Assembly (NCBI GenBank): GCA_035063585.1
Contig: JAPSGB010000053.1
Location: 1 to 29,913, forward strand
DNA from: Polyangiaceae bacterium
GTDB lineage: Bacteria; Myxococcota_A; Polyangia; Polyangiales; Polyangiaceae
Length of the DNA stretch: 29,913 nt
Reading direction: 5' to 3'
Below the pieces are notes generated by a model, which was given only the letters and a program-made list of their open reading frames with translations, had not been told where the DNA came from and searched no databases. A program made the position numbers and the translations under genes. This document shows positions 25,368 to 29,913 of this stretch, piece by piece. The stretch's first letter is position 1; each line of letters begins with the position of its first letter.

Positions 25368-28300
25368 TCACCCTCGCGACCGCTCCGGCTGGAACCGCGC
25401 CTCGGCGTATTGCGAGCTCGTCGCGAGCCGCAACAGATCGGCGACCGCGAGGCTCGAGGAGGAGAGCGCGGCGAGGCCTCCCGGCTCCTCGAGCGTGCGG
25501 AGCGGGATCCCGTCGTCGGCGCACGTCTCGCGGAGCGCCACCCCGAGATCTCCCGCGACGTACAAGCCAGCCCTCCGGATGGCCCGCCTCCCCGCCGCGA
25601 GCGCGGCGTCGTAGTCGAGCGACTCGGGCTCGTCGCACAGTTCGCGCAGGCGGCGCTGGAGCCGCGCCGGGACGCTCTCCCAGAGCACCTCCGCGAGGTG
25701 CGCCGCCGCGCCGAGCTCACCGCTCCTCGATGGACTGGGCGAACCAAAGGCGAGCGCGAGCCCACGAAGCACCGCGCGCGTCTGACTCTCGGGTGAACCG
25801 AACAAGAGGGCGTGCTGCGGCAAGGTCGCCGCGAGCATCGAGCCGACGTGAAACCAGAGCTCCGGCGTCTCGCTCCGCACCTCGCCCGAGACGATGAGCG
25901 CCGGAGGCGAGAGCAGCGCCACGCTGAGCGCGATCGAGCCCGGGCTGCTGCGACGCTGGAAGAGCGGCGCTCGCATCAAGCCGAGCGCGCGCGCCGCGCC
26001 GGTGTACACGTGCCCGAGCGCGGTCGGCGCTCCGAGCGGCACGCGCTCGAGGCCGGTTATCCCGTAGGTGCCGGGGTCGCGCCGAAACACGTGCTCCGCG
26101 CCCTCCCAGACGATCGCGAGCGCCTCGAGCGCGGGCGTCATGAGGTCACGGAAGAGCATGCTCGTCACCTGCTCGAGGTGTCCGGGCTGATCGGGGAGCC
26201 GGGGCGGCGCGGTCGCCGCGCGCGCCGGGTCGAAGAGCGCGAGCACGTGCTCGAGCGCGCGAGCGTGCACCTGGTTATGGTCGGTGAGCGCCGCCTCGTG
26301 GAGCTTCTCGAGCACCCAGACGTCTCCCGGCACGAGGAGCGCGACGCGCCGGCAGACCCCGAGCAGATCGTGGGAGCGGCCCGCGCGGTTCTCGAGCTGC
26401 TGGATGAGCTCCTTTCCCGCCTCGATCGAGCCGCGGGCGAGGGCGTCGAGGAGCGACGCCTCGGTCGCGCTCGCCGCCTCGATGACGATGCTGGCCCGCG
26501 GCGAGCGCGCAGGCCGCAACGACTCGACGCCTGCGGGCAGCTCGGGGAGCTCGGCCGGCGGTCGGCTCGTCCGCCGGACAGGCGCGGGTTCGGCGGCGGA
26601 CTCGGCCGGCGTCGCGCCGCGCTCCGCGTACCTCGAACCCGAGGACGGCGGCGGGCGCGAGGTCGACCGCGCGGCGGCCACCGCCGGGCCCTCGTGCGAG
26701 CTCGAGCGGCGGTCCGGGCCGAGCCGCTCCGCCCGGACCGCCGCCGCCGCCCCGAGCGCTTCCGCACGGGTGTCGGCGTCGGAGGCGGCGACCTCGAGGA
26801 AGGTGAGCGCGAGCTCCGGCTCTCCGGTACGTCGGGCCGCCGAGGCCGCCTCGAGCGCGACCCGCCCGCGCGAGCGCATGCGAGCGAGGTCACCGGCGAG
26901 CGCCGCCTCGAAGAGTGAGAGCGAGAGCTCCACGTGCTCGCCCCGCGCGAGGCGCTCGGCCAGCGCGAGCGCCACCAGCGGGCGCGGCCCGAGGTCGAGC
27001 TCTGCGCGCCGGAGCTCGCGCAGGCTCGCGTCGCCACCGACCGCGACGTCGAGCGCCTCGGCGGTCAGGAACGCCTTGAGCTCCTCGTCGGCCGGCGCGA
27101 GCGCCCCGCGCGCGCCGCGGAGCTCGGCGACCGTAACCCGCGCCCGCTCCTTGTCGCCCACGCCACCGCGGAGGTAGCGGAGCCTCGCCGCGGCGAGCTG
27201 CGCCGCGGCGAGACGCGGGCAGAGCTCGGTGGCTTGCTCCGCGCGGGAGAGGGCCGCTTCATCGTCGCCGCCCGCCTCCGACGCCTGCGCGGCCTCGAGC
27301 AGCAGCGCCGCGCGGGCCTCCGGTGATTCCGAGGAGCCGAGCGCGAGCTCCTCGAGCGCTGCGGCGAGCGCGAGTGGATCGTTGCCGCGACGCCGGACCT
27401 CGACCGCGAGCTCGGCCAGCGCCGGCGACTCGGCCCAGGCCTCGAGCCCCTCGAGGACGCGTCCCGCCGAGTCGACGTCGCCCCCGGCCAGGTACGCTTC
27501 CGCGGAGCGGCGCGCGAGCGCGGCGGCCTCGGCGCGCTCGCGCGCGACCGCGCTCGCCCGGAGCCAGAGCGGCGCGGCGGCGAGCATGGCGCCGAGGCGC
27601 TCCTCCAGGTCGGCGAGCACGCGCAGGACGCCCAGGTTGTCGCCGGTGGTCGCGAGGAGCGCCTGGAGCTCCGCGCGGGCCTCGTCCGGACGGCCGAGTC
27701 GTTGCTCGAGCACCGTCGCGCGACGAAGCCTGAGGCGCCGCACGTCGTCGACCATGGTGGCGAGCGAGGCGCGCCGCGCGAGGAGCGCCGCGAGCCGCTC
27801 GTGGTCACCGCGCCGCTCGAGCTCGCGCTCGAGCGCCTCGAGCGCCGCCGGATCGTCCGGCGTCAAGCCGGAGAGCTGAGACCAGCGCTCGAACGCCGGC
27901 GCGGTGTCACCGAGCGTCTCGAGGAGCGGCGCGAGCTTACGCAGCAGCGCCGCGCGCGCGGTCGGCTCTCGCGTCAGATCCGCGAGCCGCGCGAGCGCGT
28001 CGGCCTGTAGACGGCGCTCGCCGGCCTGACTCGCCAGCTCGATGACGTCACCGAGCACCGCCTCGTCATCGACGTGGTCGCGCATGAGCTCGGTCACCAG
28101 CTCGAGCCCTCGGCGAAGATCGCCTCGCGCGGCCACCAGAGCCGCGAGATCGCGCGTCACGCGCAGCCGATCCGCGCCGACCACGTCCGCGCGGGCGAGC
28201 TCCGCGGCGAGCATCGACTCGAGCGCGTCCCGACGCCCCGCCCGCCCGTAGAGCGCCGTCAGGCGCCGCACCGCTGGCTGTCGCCGCTCGGGCGCGAGCT

Positions 28301-29912
28301 CCGCACTGTCACGGATCCGCTCCAGGGCGGACATCGCCGTCGCCAGGTCGCCGTCCGACTCGGCGCGGGCGGCGACCTCGAAGAGCTTCGCGACGCGCTC
28401 TGCCTCCGGCACGACGTCGACGAGCTTCGCCGCGAGCTCGGGATCGCCGAGCTCCTCCACCGCCTCGGCCGCCCGCTCTGCGAGGGAGGAGTCCCCCGGA
28501 CGACCGAGGGCGGCCACGACCAGGAGCGTCGCGACCGAGCGGAGATCGCCGAGCACCCGAGCGATCTCCGCGCCGAGCTCGGTGAGCGCGCTCCCGGCGC
28601 CCGCGAAGCGGTCGTTCGCCTGCGCGACCAGCGCCGACACCAAGCCGGGAGCCTCGCCGGCGGTGGCGAGCGCCCGAGCGTACGGCGCGAGCGTCGCGAA
28701 CTCTTCGAGATCACCGTCACAGCGAGCAGCGCGCGCGAGCGCGAGCACTCCGAGCCGGGCAGAGCCGAACGATTCGAGCGCGGTCCGCGCCGACTCGATG
28801 GCGATCCGCGCTCCCTCCGGCCCCTCGAGGCGAGGCAACAGGGTGCCTTGCGCGCGCGCGAACCGGAGCTCGACGATCTCCCGCTCTTCGAAGCCGCTCG
28901 CGACCAGCGCCGACATCGCCGCCCCGAGCGTCCGCACGGTCTCGACGTCCGGCACCGCCGCCAGAGCGCGGAGCAGCACGTCCACCCGCTGCCGCTGACC
29001 CTCTTCTCCGGAGCCGGAGAGGGCGGCCGCGCGGCGAAGCCAGGCCGCGCTCGCCTCGGTCGTCTTGCACTTGGAGGCCACGCGCTCGAGCGCTCGCACC
29101 AGCTCCGCCGGCTCGCCCATGCGGTTCGCGAGCCGCGCCGCCAGCACGTAGGTGACGCCCTCGGTCGGGAATGCCTCGAAGGCGCGGATGGCGTGCTCGA
29201 GCGCGCGGCCGAGCTCGCCGCGTCGCTCCAGCTGCCTCGCCGCTCGATAGTGCACGGCGCGCTCGCCATAACAGCCGAGCGCGGCGGCGGCGATGCGGCC
29301 GTAGACCCGCTCGAGCGCGTCCACGTCATCGGGGCCGGCGCTGCGCTCGACGGCGGCGAGCGCTTCCGGACGCGAGGCGTCGAGCTCGGTCGCCCGGAGG
29401 GCGAGGGCGAGCGCGCGCGCGCGCTCGCCCGACTGGAGGGAGAGCGTCGCCGCCTCGACCAGCAGCGCGGCCGCGCGGGTCGGCTCTTGCTGCCGACCGG
29501 CGAGCGCCTCGAGTCTCCCGATGGCGTCCTCGCTACCGGCGAAGGCCACCAGATCGCGCGCGAGCTGCGCGGCCCCCGCATCTCCGAGCAGCCTCGCGGC
29601 GCGCTCCCACGCGTCGATGGCGCCAGCAGGATCCCCCGCGAGATCCCACAGCGCAGCTCCGTAGTCTCGAGCGGCGCGCACCGCCCCGCCGAGCTCCGCC
29701 TCGGGAAGCTCGGCGAGCGCCTCCGCACGCGCGCGGAGCAGCGACAGCTCGCCGTCCGAGCTGCGGACCGGCAGCGCGTGCTCGACCGCGGCGAGCACCG
29801 ACGCGGGCGCGGCTCCTTCGCCGAGCGCGCGCGTGAGCGCGCGCGCCGCGCCGTCGGCGTCGCCGGCGCGGCGACGCCGCTCGGCGAGCTCGAGCAAGAT
29901 GGCCGCGGGATC
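25368..29912 (-). CDS. Giant TPR/alpha-solenoid protein, 5' end outside the window
   Basis: Frame is open to the window edge (over 1500 codons); many TPR-like helical pairs, a Pro/Ser linker, and a C-terminal domain with ELWFHVG...RRAGLYVAGDL as in large myxobacterial TPR proteins. Confidence 0.85.
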   Translation of the reverse strand, partial: DPAAILLELAERRRRAGDADGAARALTRALGEGAAPASVLAAVEHALPVRSSDGELSLLRARAEALAELPEAELGGAVRAARDYGAALWDLAGDPAGAIDAWERAARLLGDAGAAQLARDLVAFAGSEDAIGRLEALAGRQQEPTRAAALLVEAATLSLQSGERARALALALRATELDASRPEALAAVERSAGPDDVDALERVYGRIAAAALGCYGERAVHYRAARQLERRGELGRALEHAIRAFEAFPTEGVTYVLAARLANRMGEPAELVRALERVASKCKTTEASAAWLRRAAALSGSGEEGQRQRVDVLLRALAAVPDVETVRTLGAAMSALVASGFEEREIVELRFARAQGTLLPRLEGPEGARIAIESARTALESFGSARLGVLALARAARCDGDLEEFATLAPYARALATAGEAPGLVSALVAQANDRFAGAGSALTELGAEIARVLGDLRSVATLLVVAALGRPGDSSLAERAAEAVEELGDPELAAKLVDVVPEAERVAKLFEVAARAESDGDLATAMSALERIRDSAELAPERRQPAVRRLTALYGRAGRRDALESMLAAELARADVVGADRLRVTRDLAALVAARGDLRRGLELVTELMRDHVDDEAVLGDVIELASQAGERRLQADALARLADLTREPTARAALLRKLAPLLETLGDTAPAFERWSQLSGLTPDDPAALEALERELERRGDHERLAALLARRASLATMVDDVRRLRLRRATVLEQRLGRPDEARAELQALLATTGDNLGVLRVLADLEERLGAMLAAAPLWLRASAVARERAEAAALARRSAEAYLAGGDVDSAGRVLEGLEAWAESPALAELAVEVRRRGNDPLALAAALEELALGSSESPEARAALLLEAAQASEAGGDDEAALSRAEQATELCPRLAAAQLAAARLRYLRGGVGDKERARVTVAELRGARGALAPADEELKAFLTAEALDVAVGGDASLRELRRAELDLGPRPLVALALAERLARGEHVELSLSLFEAALAGDLARMRSRGRVALEAASAARRTGEPELALTFLEVAASDADTRAEALGAAAAVRAERLGPDRRSSSHEGPAVAAARSTSRPPPSSGSRYAERGATPAESAAEPAPVRRTSRPPAELPELPAGVESLRPARSPRASIVIEAASATEASLLDALARGSIEAGKELIQQLENRAGRSHDLLGVCRRVALLVPGDVWVLEKLHEAALTDHNQVHARALEHVLALFDPARAATAPPRLPDQPGHLEQVTSMLFRDLMTPALEALAIVWEGAEHVFRRDPGTYGITGLERVPLGAPTALGHVYTGAARALGLMRAPLFQRRSSPGSIALSVALLSPPALIVSGEVRSETPELWFHVGSMLAATLPQHALLFGSPESQTRAVLRGLALAFGSPSPSRSGELGAAAHLAEVLWESVPARLQRRLRELCDEPESLDYDAALAAGRRAIRRAGLYVAGDLGVALRETCADDGIPLRTLEEPGGLAALSSSSLAVADLLRLATSSQYAEARFQPERSRG

Positions 29913-29913
29913 G

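Noticed and set aside
1..29913. CRISPR array, tRNA/rRNA, IS or prophage; frequent CTCGAG/GAGCTC and GCGCGC words
   Set aside because: No spaced repeats, RNA gene signatures, transposase or integrase seen; the frequent words reflect Leu-Glu and Ala-Arg codon usage.

Overview
A very GC-rich, gene-dense chromosomal segment that looks myxobacterial (probably Polyangiaceae/Sorangium-like; inferred from a MYXO-CTERM tail, Cys-rich lipoproteins and a giant TPR protein). About 24 real CDSs, left to right: partial lipoprotein, HEPN-like protein, SpoVR, DUF444/YeaH (all minus strand, with no adjacent PrkA); YkgJ; NYN-LOTUS nuclease; single-domain receiver and HAMP histidine kinase; two flotillins plus an NfeD-like partner; hemB; glnE; metallophosphoesterase with altered metal ligands; degenerate OmpA/MotB lipoprotein and PilZ protein divergent from a stand-alone transpeptidase; DUF2330-MYXO-CTERM; acyl-CoA dehydrogenase and CoA Nudix; three lipoproteins and a 5'-truncated giant TPR protein. 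I saw no rRNA, tRNA, CRISPR array or mobile element. No clear-cut new system is proven. Best leads: the PrkA-less YeaH-SpoVR-HEPN operon, the PilZ/pseudo-OmpA/PBP module with mirror-image promoter motifs, the phosphoesterase that lost one metal site, probable leaderless promoters, and operator-like palindromes in the lipoprotein cluster. All family calls come from motif recognition by eye, not database searches.
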